Assembly: GCA_035281345.1 (NCBI GenBank)
Contig: DATEEB010000270.1
Coordinates: forward strand, 1 to 45,785
Direction of reading: 5' to 3'
Length of the DNA: 45,785 nucleotides
Source: Rhizomicrobium sp.
GTDB taxonomy: Bacteria; Pseudomonadota; Alphaproteobacteria; Micropepsales; Micropepsaceae
Shown: positions 1 through 9,627 of the stretch, piece by piece
Numbering within the stretch: the stretch's first letter is position 1
How the letters are laid out: each line of letters begins with the position of its first letter
Translations under genes and position numbers: made by a program
Notes under the pieces: generated by a model
What the model was told of the DNA's origin: nothing
The model's database searches: none
What the model saw: the letters and a program-made list of their open reading frames with translations, nothing else

Positions 1-591
<591 letters not shown>

Positions 592-663
592 AGGGAACTC
601 AGGAGCCGGATTTTCGGCCCCTCTTTAGTCTTCTGGCTGTGAAAAGATAGGCGAAACCTGGTT

Positions 664-987
664 TTAGCTCTTCATGCCGCCTATGCGCGCCATCATCTGG
701 CGGTCTTTATTGGCCTGCATCAGCAAGGTAAGGCCGGAAATGGTGGCTAGACCAAGCCCGCCGGGCATGCCGGTTTCCGGGTCGGCCTCGATTTTGGAAT
801 AGCTTTCGTTGGAAACTTTTTCCCACTTTCCGGCGGGCTTCTTGATTTCGATGCTGGCGACGGTGGCCTTCAGCACCAGCCGCACGATGGCAGGATGCGG
901 CGGTGTGGGCTTGGTCAGGCTTGGAAAGCCGTCCATCATTTGCCAGCCATTGGCCAGCGCCCAGCTTGTGATTTCATCCTTGGTCAT
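664..987 (-). CDS. Hypothetical protein, 107 aa
   Basis: ATG-started ORF with protein-like composition, co-oriented with the helicase. No motif recognised. Confidence 0.7.
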   Translation of the reverse strand: MTKDEITSWALANGWQMMDGFPSLTKPTPPHPAIVRLVLKATVASIEIKKPAGKWEKVSNESYSKIEADPETGMPGGLGLATISGLTLLMQANKDRQMMARIGGMKS

Positions 988-1081
988 GGCCGCAATAGAG
1001 CAGATTCTGCGCGGGTGCGATATTCCGGCGGATTGGCCCGCGCACCGGCAAGATCCCCGGACAAAGAGCGGGTGCGTGACG

Positions 1082-1115
1082 GGTTCGCATAACCGTCACA
1101 ATGGGCCGATACCCT
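1082..1115 (+). promoter_or_regulatory. Pho-box-like promoter (probably leaderless) of the radical SAM gene
   Basis: GGTTCGC-ATAA-CCGTCAC, then 10 nt, then TACCCT (-10-like), then 5 nt to GTG 1121. Confidence 0.5.
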
Positions 1116-1120
1116 GCATT

Positions 1121-2149
1121 GTGAGTTTGCTGAAACCCACCTCTGAGTTGTTGCATCGGTTGAATCGCGCGGTGACAAGCCCGCGCCTCAAGTTCGCCGC
1201 GATTCTGGCCGCCGACCTTTTGGGCTTGCGCCACCTCATCGTTCGCCTGGATCCCGTCAATGGCTGCAACCTGCGTTGCGGCATGTGCTTTTTTTCCGAT
1301 CCCGATTGGCGCAGCGAACATATGAAGGGCCGTTTTTCCCAGGAGGAGATACGGCGGCTGGCCGTGATGTTCTTCGGCGACGCCCTTCAGGTCCATATCG
1401 GCTGCGCCATGGAGCCAACCATGTTCCGCGATCATCCCTGGCTTGTGGAGCTGGCCAAGCAGCACCAAGTTCCTTTTGTCGGTTTCACCACCAACGGCCA
1501 GATGCTGGAACATTCCGGCTTCGAACGGATGGTGACGGCCGGTCTGGATGAAATCACGATCTCCACGCACGGTGTGACCCGGCAAAGCTATGAAACCTTG
1601 ATGCAGGGCGGGGATTTCGGCCGCCTGCATGCGAGCTTGGCCATGATCGACAGCGTCAAGCGCCGGCTCGGCGCGCAGACACCGCGGCTCAGGATCAACT
1701 ACACCATTTGCCCCGACAATCTGGATGAACTTGCGGAGTTCTTCAACGTTTATGGCGGCTATGAGATTGCAACCGTCCAGCTTCGTCCCGTCGCCGACTT
1801 CGGAAACACCGCCTATGCGAACAAGGACCTTGCGCCTCATCTCGATCGCTACAATGGGGCTATCGCGCGCATGGCGGCCGATTGCCGGAAGCGGAACATC
1901 ACGCTGCTCGCCAACCAAATCGATCCGGCGCATCGGCGGCCCAATCAAGCCGCGCAGGTCTATCAGGAAGGGATACTGCGCTACCTAAATCCCAATATTG
2001 TCTGGCGGAAGGATTTCGATTGGCGCTCCGTGGACTATCGCCACCACAAACAGCGCATCGTATGGCGCCGCCACTTGCTGCGCCGTTCGCTCGGACGCAG
2101 ATGGGGAACAGCGCCACCCTCCCATCAAGCCGCGTTTGACGTCCTCTGA
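1121..2149 (+). CDS. Radical SAM protein
   Basis: CNLRCGMC (CxxxCxxC), EP motif (AMEPT), TTNG and ITISTHG. Start set at GTG 1121 because the ORF-track start at 809 overlaps the opposite-strand gene. Confidence 0.85.
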   Translation: MSLLKPTSELLHRLNRAVTSPRLKFAAILAADLLGLRHLIVRLDPVNGCNLRCGMCFFSDPDWRSEHMKGRFSQEEIRRLAVMFFGDALQVHIGCAMEPTMFRDHPWLVELAKQHQVPFVGFTTNGQMLEHSGFERMVTAGLDEITISTHGVTRQSYETLMQGGDFGRLHASLAMIDSVKRRLGAQTPRLRINYTICPDNLDELAEFFNVYGGYEIATVQLRPVADFGNTAYANKDLAPHLDRYNGAIARMAADCRKRNITLLANQIDPAHRRPNQAAQVYQEGILRYLNPNIVWRKDFDWRSVDYRHHKQRIVWRRHLLRRSLGRRWGTAPPSHQAAFDVL

Positions 2150-2169
2150 TGTTCCGGAGCTTTCACCCG

Positions 2170-3345
2170 TCAGGCCGATCGCCTGAGCGCCCTACCGGCC
2201 TGAACATGCGCCGCGCTGGCCAGAACCTGCCGCAGGCCCGCGATATTGGCGGGCAGGCTATAGATCCGATCGAAGATGATCCGGGCTTGCGCGGCACGCT
2301 GGGCCGCGCGCTGGTCGTCGCAGAGCACATCCAGGATAGCGTTTTTGAACGCGCCGGGTTCATCGGCCACCCAGAAGGCGCCGCCATGATCGATGCCCTC
2401 GCATCCTTTGGAGGTCGTCACCACCGGCGTGCGCATCGCCATGGCTTCCAGGCACTTGATGCGCGTACCCCCGCCATGGAGCACCGGCACGATGGCGCAA
2501 CGCGACACGGCGATCTCGGCCAAAAGATCGTCCTTGGGACCCAATCCCACAACGCCCTGCGCATTTGAAAAATTGCGAACCACCTCGTCCGAACGCTTGC
2601 CGACGACGCAAAGTTCGGCCTTGCGCCGCAGTTCGTCATCCCAGACATTCTGGATAAACCAGCGCAATCCTTCATAATTCTGAAAATTGTCGAAACTGCC
2701 GCTCATAACGATGCGGTTGATCCGGCTGCCCCGCGCTGCGGAATCGGGAATATCGACAAAATTCGGAATGATGTGCAGGCGCTCGGCCGGAATAAAGGTC
2801 CTATAGACGTCCCTATCCTGCTCCGAAACGCAGATGACCGCGTCAGCGCGTGGAAAAAACAGCTTTTCATGACTTGATTCGACGCGTTGGCGCAGGCGGA
2901 GCGCCGCCCGGGCCGGCAAGGATTGCTTGGGCGCAAGACCGGTCAAAACAGACTCCACATTGTGGGTGCCAAGAACCACGGGAATGCCCAGCCTGGCGAT
3001 CGGCGCAATTTGTGCGCCGATAAAGCCATAGTCGAGAATAGCCGCGGAAAAGGGCGTTCTGGCGTGGAGCGCTGTCAGTTCCTTGATGAAAGCGCCATGG
3101 GCGCGGAAATAGACACCGGCGGCTTGGCGCAAGCGCGGCCAGGAAAATGGAATCTGCCGGAAGATAAGGTCCGGCGCGCATTGCGCGGCGAGATCGGCGC
3201 GATTGTAGTTGCCCACAAAGGCTTCGATCCTATAGCCAAGGGCGCGCAGCGCGGAGATCAGATTAAGGACGCGGATTCGCTCGCCCGAATTGGGGGGAAA
3301 AGGGCTTACATAGGTCGCATATAAAAGTGTGCCGGCCGGCTTCAT
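2170..3345 (-). CDS. Glycosyltransferase family 4
   Basis: From ATG 3345: YVSPFPPNSGERIR, THNVES, GGGTRIKCLEAMAMRTPVVTT (GT-B C-terminal motif). Confidence 0.9.
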   Translation of the reverse strand: MKPAGTLLYATYVSPFPPNSGERIRVLNLISALRALGYRIEAFVGNYNRADLAAQCAPDLIFRQIPFSWPRLRQAAGVYFRAHGAFIKELTALHARTPFSAAILDYGFIGAQIAPIARLGIPVVLGTHNVESVLTGLAPKQSLPARAALRLRQRVESSHEKLFFPRADAVICVSEQDRDVYRTFIPAERLHIIPNFVDIPDSAARGSRINRIVMSGSFDNFQNYEGLRWFIQNVWDDELRRKAELCVVGKRSDEVVRNFSNAQGVVGLGPKDDLLAEIAVSRCAIVPVLHGGGTRIKCLEAMAMRTPVVTTSKGCEGIDHGGAFWVADEPGAFKNAILDVLCDDQRAAQRAAQARIIFDRIYSLPANIAGLRQVLASAAHVQAGRALRRSA

Positions 3346-3356
3346 ACGCGCCCCGG

Positions 3357-4646
3357 TCAGGCCATGGGCGCGGCTGGCCGCACCTTGAAGACAAAACCCG
3401 TCGCCGCGATCAAGGCGGCAAAAACCCCAATCAGATCGAACAGAAGGGCGGTCATCGCGGGACGGCCCAAGACCAGCGTTTGCCCGGCCCCGAGCAGCAA
3501 AACATAACTCAGCATCAGAAAACCGGTGCGCAGAAGAGCTATGGCGGGACTGCCGCGCCGCAGCAACAAAGGCGCGAAGGCCCAGGCAACCCCCAACGTG
3601 GCGCCAAAGCAAAGCAGCGGTCTGACCGTTGCGGGGACCACAGCAGGAAAGGCAGCCTGCGCTAGAAAATAAAGTCCCAGGAACAGCAAACCGAAACAAG
3701 CGGCCGCGCGGTCGCGGTTGCGCACCAGGGGCCGGATACGGCGCGCCGCCAAGGACAGGATTTCCAGGACGGGTTGAACAATGGCGTAACCGGCGATCAA
3801 AAGCCGCTCGCCCACTTTGGGGTTGAGCGCGCTGGACGGATATCCGAACTGCACCAGGGCATGATCGTAGCGCGCAAGCGCATGCAGAACTTCGATGCTT
3901 TTGCGGCCTTTGCGCCATTTGCCCACGGAGGCATCGGATAGGCCGCGGCGCTGCACCACATCGCTGGAACCCGCCTCCCATTGGGGATAGTCGTGACTTT
4001 TGGCAGCATAATCGAGCATGCCCGGTTCAAAAGCCATGTCCAAAAAAACCATGATGCGGCGCATTTCGCGTTCCGGATCTGAGATCAGATTTTCATAGCG
4101 AAGATGCAGAACATGGAGCTTATCCTGCGCCAGAACGCTGCGCGCCTTCTGCTCCCATTCCGTCCAGCGCCTGAGCAGATTGAAAAAACTCAGCCTTCTG
4201 TATCCGCGCAGCTCCAAAAAGAAACTGCCTTTTTTGGAAAGCTGCGACAGCGCCACATCCCGGCCGTCGCGCGTGATGTGAATGTAGCGGGCCTGCGGCA
4301 AAAGCGCCGTCAGAAACTCCAGATGCGGGATATCCGAAGGCGTCTTGAAGGCAACGGTCTTTTTGCCCCTGGCCGCAAGCGCGGGGGCCAGCAGATGTTC
4401 CAGAAAGGCTGCGCCCGCCTGCAGGACATGGCCGCGATCAACGCCGGCAACGTTGCATACGGCCCCGTATGGCCCTTCCGCCAAGTCCAAAAGAAGCTGG
4501 CGAAGCGACAGAGGGCCGCCATAGGCGCCACAGACCCATGGCGTTTCCGGCAGCGCCAAAATCTGGGAATGGCTGTCCAGCAGGACGCGAAGCAGGGTCG
4601 TGCCGGACCTTGGAACGCCGACGATGAAGATCGGAGAAAAGGGCAC
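3357..4646 (-). CDS. Sulfotransferase (Sulfotransfer_3-like) with a C-terminal membrane domain
   Basis: 5'-PSB loop FIVGVPRSGTTLL, KTP, 3'-PB RDGRDVALS, LRYENLISDPE. The last ~120 aa are hydrophobic (about 4 predicted TM segments). Confidence 0.88.
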   Translation of the reverse strand: MPFSPIFIVGVPRSGTTLLRVLLDSHSQILALPETPWVCGAYGGPLSLRQLLLDLAEGPYGAVCNVAGVDRGHVLQAGAAFLEHLLAPALAARGKKTVAFKTPSDIPHLEFLTALLPQARYIHITRDGRDVALSQLSKKGSFFLELRGYRRLSFFNLLRRWTEWEQKARSVLAQDKLHVLHLRYENLISDPEREMRRIMVFLDMAFEPGMLDYAAKSHDYPQWEAGSSDVVQRRGLSDASVGKWRKGRKSIEVLHALARYDHALVQFGYPSSALNPKVGERLLIAGYAIVQPVLEILSLAARRIRPLVRNRDRAAACFGLLFLGLYFLAQAAFPAVVPATVRPLLCFGATLGVAWAFAPLLLRRGSPAIALLRTGFLMLSYVLLLGAGQTLVLGRPAMTALLFDLIGVFAALIAATGFVFKVRPAAPMA

Positions 4647-4701
4647 CCGGCATTCCTTGGCGATCGTCCGGTACGATTGCCCCGGCAGATGTTACCCCCG
4701 G

Positions 4702-4735
4702 AGACTAGGCGGCCAAGATGACGGCGCCGTGAAGC
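4702..4735 (-). promoter_or_regulatory. Pho-box-like promoter of the sulfotransferase-GT4 unit
   Basis: Minus strand: GCTTCAC-GGCG-CCGTCAT, then 10 nt, then TAGTCT. Confidence 0.5.
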
Positions 4736-4741
4736 CACCCC

Positions 4742-5059
4742 TTACAAAAGGGTCGCAAAAAAAAGGCAACATGCCGCCGTTGCGGCGCAAGCCGCGATGG
4801 TTTGAGACAGTTTTGTAACACTCCAGGGTGCGCGCGGAACAAACCGTCGCTCACCGCCCGCGAGAAGGACGAGATAATAGGATTTTCCGAACAGGCAGAT
4901 GCTGCGACGGAAATCCAGAGCGTGACTGGTATGGCTGCGGGCAGAAAAGGCTTTTTTGATCTCGTCGATCTGCGCGGGCGTGAAGGTGAATTTCGCGCCC
5001 GGCGACATGCGCGCGAACATTTGTTGCAGGAACGGATCTGGCTCAGGCGCCATCAGCAT
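4742..5059 (-). CDS. Small hypothetical protein with C-terminal hydrophobic tail
   Basis: MLMAPEPDPFLQQMFARM...FTPAQIDEIKKAF...HALDFRRSI...YYLVLLAGGERR. Resembles a conserved small-protein family from memory. Start is ATG 5059 or 5053. Confidence 0.6.
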   Translation of the reverse strand: MLMAPEPDPFLQQMFARMSPGAKFTFTPAQIDEIKKAFSARSHTSHALDFRRSICLFGKSYYLVLLAGGERRFVPRAPWSVTKLSQTIAACAATAACCLFFATLL

Positions 5060-5109
5060 ACCGGTATTTAGCGCCTCAACCGTAAACAAATCATGGACCG
5101 GCCCGCTCA

Positions 5110-6240
5110 ATGAAACCGACCCTCAGCTATGTTTCGATGTGGAACGCCGCGAACCGCAATACGGAATCCGGGTATCCTTTCTCCATGCGGGAACAATTGC
5201 GCAAACGTTTCCATGTGGTTGATCTTTTCCCGCTCGAATTCTCGGACGATGGCCTGTGGATGCCGGTGCGGGCCGCTTATAAGGCGGCGGGAAAATACTA
5301 TCATCCCATGCGCGAACCGGCCGTGTTGAAGTATCTTGCGCGCCGCATCGAGCAGCATCTGCGCGCCGTCAAGCCCCAGGCGGTGTTCGCGCCATCCTCG
5401 ATACCGCTGAGCTTCGTGGATGCGAAGCTGCCCCGCATCTTCGCCACCGATCAATTGTTCTGCGACTTCGTGGAAAGCTATATCCATTCGCCGGCACAGC
5501 GCTTCATCCGCTTGGGCAATGCCCAGGAACAGCGCGCGCTTTCGGGTGCCGCGCTCGCCACGTTCCCATCCGAATGGGCGGCGCAAACCGCCGTCTCCCA
5601 GTACGGCGCGGATCGGGCCAAAATCCACGTCATCCCCTGGGGCGCCAATCTTCCGCAAACCATTGCCCAGGAAGACGTGGAGGCCGCGATCAAAAAGCGG
5701 CCGATGGACCGCTGCAATCTGGTTTTTGTGGGACGCGATTGGGCACGCAAGGGCGGCGACGTGTTGGTCAGGACGGTGGAGGCGTTGAATCGGGCAGGTC
5801 TGCCCACACGCGCCACTATCATCGGCGCCGAACCCAAGGACCTGCCGCCCCATCTGTTCGATATCCACCCCTATCTGGATAAAGGTCGGCCTGAGCACTT
5901 TGCCATCCTGTCATCGGTGATGCTGAGCGCCCATTTCTTGTTTCTGCCTTCGCGTGCCGAAGCCTATGGTCAGGCGTTCTGCGAGGCTGCCGCCTTTGGC
6001 GTGCCCTCGATCGGCTCGGCGGTGGGCGGAATCCCGACCATCATCCGGGAAGGGGAAACCGGCTTTGTACGCTCCCTGGAAACCTCCGCACCGCAATTCG
6101 CGATGCTGATCAGAGAAACGCTGTCGGATCGCCGCCGCTACGAAAGTCTAGCCAAACTAGCGCGCGAGGATTTCCGTCAACGCTTGAACTGGGACAGTTT
6201 CGGCGACCGGCTGAATGACTCCATCGCGGCCGTGATGTAG
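5110..6240 (+). CDS. Glycosyltransferase family 4
   Basis: FVGRDWARKGG and LPSRAEAYGQAFCEAAAFGVPSIGSAVGGIP (ExxxxxxxE GT-B motif). Confidence 0.92.
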   Translation: MKPTLSYVSMWNAANRNTESGYPFSMREQLRKRFHVVDLFPLEFSDDGLWMPVRAAYKAAGKYYHPMREPAVLKYLARRIEQHLRAVKPQAVFAPSSIPLSFVDAKLPRIFATDQLFCDFVESYIHSPAQRFIRLGNAQEQRALSGAALATFPSEWAAQTAVSQYGADRAKIHVIPWGANLPQTIAQEDVEAAIKKRPMDRCNLVFVGRDWARKGGDVLVRTVEALNRAGLPTRATIIGAEPKDLPPHLFDIHPYLDKGRPEHFAILSSVMLSAHFLFLPSRAEAYGQAFCEAAAFGVPSIGSAVGGIPTIIREGETGFVRSLETSAPQFAMLIRETLSDRRRYESLAKLAREDFRQRLNWDSFGDRLNDSIAAVM

Positions 6241-6242
6241 CC

Positions 6243-7703
6243 ATGGCCTCGTCGCGGCAAGCGGTACAAGGACTGTTTTGGAGCGTGGCGGAACGCGTCG
6301 CCACCCAGGGCATGACCTTTGCCGTTCTGCTGATCCTGGCGCGCATTCTAGGACCGCAAAATTACGGGTTGGTCGCCTTGGCGGCGACCATCGCGCTTTT
6401 CGGTCAGATGCTGCTGGGCGAAACCTTCAGCCAGGCTTTGATTCAAGAAAAAAACATCGAGCAGGCGCATAGCGCCAGCCTGTTTTGGCTGTTGGCCTTT
6501 CTTGGTCTGCTTGCCGCCGCCTTGCAATTTTTGGCGGCCGGCTGGCTGGCGGATTTTTTCGCGCAACCGGCGGTGATGCCGATCCTGCAAGCCTTGTCTC
6601 CGCTTTTGTTGCTTTCGGCTCTGCAAGCGGTGCCTGTCGCCCTGTTGCGGCGGGAGCTGAATTTCCGCGCCGTGTTTGCAGCCTCCACCACCGGAACATT
6701 GATCGGCGGTGCGTCGGCCGTCGCCATGGCGCTGACCGGCTTTGGGGTCTGGAGCCTGGTTGCAAATCTTTTGGTTCAGAGCGTGATCGTGACCGGATCG
6801 ATTTGGCTCAGATCCACCTTCCGCCCCTCCCGGGAATTTTCCTTAAGCCATTTGAGCGCACTTTGGTTTTACAGCCGCCACGTGCTGCTGCAACGCCTGG
6901 CGGCCTTTGCCGCCAATCAGAGCCCGCGTTTGATCGTCGGCTATGTTTTCGGTCCGGTGGCGCTGGGCGCTTTTTCCTTGGGTTTGCGCATCATTGAGAT
7001 GCTCTATCAGCTGCTGGTCATACCGGCCACCAATGTGATCCTGCCCTTGATCGCCAGAATCCGGGAGAATCCGGAACGCCTGGAGAAGGCGATCCTGGGC
7101 GCGACACATATGACCGCCGTTCTCGCCGCGCCGGTTTATCTCACCTTGGGAATGTGTGCGCCCATGGCGATACCGCTGATCTTCGGTCCGCACTGGCAGG
7201 CCAGCGTGCCTTTGGTGCAGATTCTGTGCTTTTATGGTGTGATCCTTTCCTGCGGCCAGATTTGGCAATCGATCCTGGGCGGCCTTGGCCGCCCCGATGT
7301 CGCGGTACGCATCACCATCGCCGCCGCGGTAACCAGTGTGGGAGCCTTGCTGCTCAGCACCCATTGGGGACCGATAGCCGCGGCCGGCGCCTTTGTCTTT
7401 CGCGGTTATGTCACCCTGCCCTTGATGCCGCTGATCATTGCGCGGCTGACCGGCGTGCCGGCAACCCGCCAGTATGCCGTCTTTTTGCCGCTCGCTCTGG
7501 CCACCGCGCTTATGGCGATGGCGGAGGAACTGGCTTTGACCGCCCTGGCCGGCACGGTCACGGATGCTTTTTTATTGGCCGCCGTGCTGACGACGGGGGC
7601 GGTTGTCTATGGCGCCGCCTTGTATGTTCTGGATCGGCGCGCCATCCAAAAAGGCTTTTCAATCCTCAAACATCTTCAACCGCAACAGGCATCCGCCGGA
7701 TGA
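6243..7703 (+). CDS. wzx: Wzx flippase (MATE-like polysaccharide transporter)
   Basis: 486 aa with many TM segments. GLFWS...LARILGPQNYGL, ALLRRELNFR, GFGVWSLV. Confidence 0.9.
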   Translation: MASSRQAVQGLFWSVAERVATQGMTFAVLLILARILGPQNYGLVALAATIALFGQMLLGETFSQALIQEKNIEQAHSASLFWLLAFLGLLAAALQFLAAGWLADFFAQPAVMPILQALSPLLLLSALQAVPVALLRRELNFRAVFAASTTGTLIGGASAVAMALTGFGVWSLVANLLVQSVIVTGSIWLRSTFRPSREFSLSHLSALWFYSRHVLLQRLAAFAANQSPRLIVGYVFGPVALGAFSLGLRIIEMLYQLLVIPATNVILPLIARIRENPERLEKAILGATHMTAVLAAPVYLTLGMCAPMAIPLIFGPHWQASVPLVQILCFYGVILSCGQIWQSILGGLGRPDVAVRITIAAAVTSVGALLLSTHWGPIAAAGAFVFRGYVTLPLMPLIIARLTGVPATRQYAVFLPLALATALMAMAEELALTALAGTVTDAFLLAAVLTTGAVVYGAALYVLDRRAIQKGFSILKHLQPQQASAG

Positions 7704-8635
7704 CATCCGCAAATCGCCGCCATGTCTTTGTCTGTGGACTGCATCGCAGCGGCACCTCGCTGATCGCGCGCAGCTTGGCGCAGCACCCCCAGGTCAGCGG
7801 CTTCAAGAACACCGGCGTCATCGAGGATGAAGGACAATTCCTGCAGACGGTCATGCCGCTGGAGATCGCCTATGGCGGGGTGGGACGCTTCGGCTTCGAC
7901 CCGCGCGCCCATATGACAGAAGCCTCTTTCTTCAACAGACCGGAGAATGCGCAAAAGCTCCAGGCGGAATGGGGCCGCTATTGGGATCCGGCCAAGCCGG
8001 TATGGATCGAAAAGACGCCCAGCAATCTTCTGCGCATGCGGCTGTTGGCCAAGCTGATGGCGCCCAGCTATTTCGTGATCGTGACGCGCCATCCGGTCGC
8101 TGCATGTCTTGCGACCCTGAAATGGACGGAAGGCAATCTGTTCAGCCTGTTCGCCCATTGGGTTCATTGCTACCGGATCGCGCAGAACGATGCCGGCCAT
8201 CTCCCCCATGTGATCTGGACCAGCTATGAGGACTTTGTGGCGCGCCCGGAGCAGGCGTTGAGCCGCCTTCTGCACTTTATCGGGCTGCAACCCGCCGGAA
8301 AGCTGCCCTTGGCGGTCAGCGACGAGAATGAAAAATACTTCAAGCTGTGGCGCGAGCGCTATTTTGGAGATGGGAATCGCGCCATCGAACAACTACCCCC
8401 GGAGCACCACCGCAACCTGCTCACCAGGACGCGCGACAGGCTCGCCCGCGACCGCAAGGAGGGTGCGCTGCCCTTCTATCGCCGCAAGGAAAATCTCAGA
8501 AGTTTCCGCGACGCGCTGGATGCCGCCGCATTGCTGGAAAAGGACATCCAGGATTTCGGTTATAGCTTTTATGATCCTCAGAAATCGCCGCAGGATGCGC
8601 CGCGCGTTCATGACGTTTTGGCGACGGAAATATGA
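7700..8635 (+). CDS. Sulfotransferase
   Basis: ATG overlaps the wzx stop (ATGA). VFVCGLHRSGTSL (5'-PSB), EKTPSNL, RHPVA, SYEDFVARPE. Confidence 0.88.
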   Translation: MTSANRRHVFVCGLHRSGTSLIARSLAQHPQVSGFKNTGVIEDEGQFLQTVMPLEIAYGGVGRFGFDPRAHMTEASFFNRPENAQKLQAEWGRYWDPAKPVWIEKTPSNLLRMRLLAKLMAPSYFVIVTRHPVAACLATLKWTEGNLFSLFAHWVHCYRIAQNDAGHLPHVIWTSYEDFVARPEQALSRLLHFIGLQPAGKLPLAVSDENEKYFKLWRERYFGDGNRAIEQLPPEHHRNLLTRTRDRLARDRKEGALPFYRRKENLRSFRDALDAAALLEKDIQDFGYSFYDPQKSPQDAPRVHDVLATEI

Positions 8636-8662
8636 GACATATATGACGCATGCCGGCTGCCG

Positions 8663-8685
8663 CGATCACCGCGGCGCTTTAAGGT
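8663..8685 (+). promoter_or_regulatory. Weak Pho-half-site/-10 promoter upstream of the third sulfotransferase
   Basis: CGATCAC, then 10 nt, then TAAGGT. Only one half-site. Confidence 0.3.
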
Positions 8686-8772
8686 ATCGCTGCGCCGGAT
8701 GGCCGCTGACGATGACGCTGCATGCCAAAAGACCGCGTGTTATGTGTCGGCGAAAAGCGAGAGGAACGGGCA

Positions 8773-9624
8773 ATGCGCGCGGTGCGGGACTATCTCTATA
8801 CCAAAGGCCATAAGACTCTTTTTCAGCTTCGCCGTCTTTCGCCGGGCGCACGGGCCATGCCGCATTTCATCGTGATCGGAGCGCAAAAGTCCGGCACCAG
8901 TTCGATGTTCTCCTACCTCAAACAGCATCCTCAGATCGTACGCCCGATTTTCAAGGAGCCTTACTTCTTCGATCGTCATTATCATCGCGGTTTAAGCTGG
9001 TATGGCTGCAATTTTCCCGCGCGCGGAGCGATCGACCGTCTGGATGACCGGCTCGGGCGCCCGCATTTGACCTTTGAGGCGACGGCAACCTACGTCTTCG
9101 ATACCGAAGTCCCGGCGCGCATCGCCCGCGACATCAAAACCCGCAAATTCATCCTGTTGCTGCGCAATCCGGCCGAACGCGCCATCTCCGCCTATTGGCA
9201 TGCCCGCCGCATGGGAATTGAGAGCCGATCCCTGGCCGAGGCTATGGATGCCGACCTTAGCCGCTATCAGGAGGAGATTGCTTTCGAAAAGGGAACCGGG
9301 CCGGCGCCGCAAGGAGACCAGCCGCGTCCCACCTACTTGCGGCGCGGCATTTATCACGAAGCGGTTTCGCGCTGGCAATCGGTGTTTTCGCCAAAGGACC
9401 TTCTGATCCTGCAGAGCGAGACCATGTTCGCCGATCCTGCCGCTGTAATGGCGCAGGTGTTCGCGTTCTTGGAAATTGCCCACCCAGAGCACATCGATTT
9501 CGCGCCCCAGAATGTCGGAAAATACGACGCCCGCGACGCCAAGGTGCGCGAGATCCTGCAGGAATTCTACCGCCCGCATAACGAGCATTTGAACAGCATC
9601 AGCCAAACCAGGATCCGTTGGTAG
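8773..9624 (+). CDS. Sulfotransferase (Sulfotransfer_1, heparan-sulfate N/3-O-ST-like motifs)
   Basis: PHFIVIGAQKSGTSS, KEPYFFD, EATATY, LLRNPAERAISAY, LQEFYRPHNEHL. RBS GAGGA at 8761. Confidence 0.9.
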   Translation: MRAVRDYLYTKGHKTLFQLRRLSPGARAMPHFIVIGAQKSGTSSMFSYLKQHPQIVRPIFKEPYFFDRHYHRGLSWYGCNFPARGAIDRLDDRLGRPHLTFEATATYVFDTEVPARIARDIKTRKFILLLRNPAERAISAYWHARRMGIESRSLAEAMDADLSRYQEEIAFEKGTGPAPQGDQPRPTYLRRGIYHEAVSRWQSVFSPKDLLILQSETMFADPAAVMAQVFAFLEIAHPEHIDFAPQNVGKYDARDAKVREILQEFYRPHNEHLNSISQTRIRW

Positions 9625-9627
9625 GAC

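Noticed and set aside
809-1120. Long N-terminal extensions in the ORF track (radical SAM here; also GT 2170-3981, sulfotransferase from 7154, GT from 18247, GH from 19521)
   Set aside because: The extensions overlap neighbouring real genes and have no motifs. Downstream starts with RBS or stop-start coupling fit better.
1121-2149. Anaerobic sulfatase maturase or RiPP maturase
   Set aside because: There is no Cys-rich SPASM domain, and no sulfatase or precursor peptide nearby.
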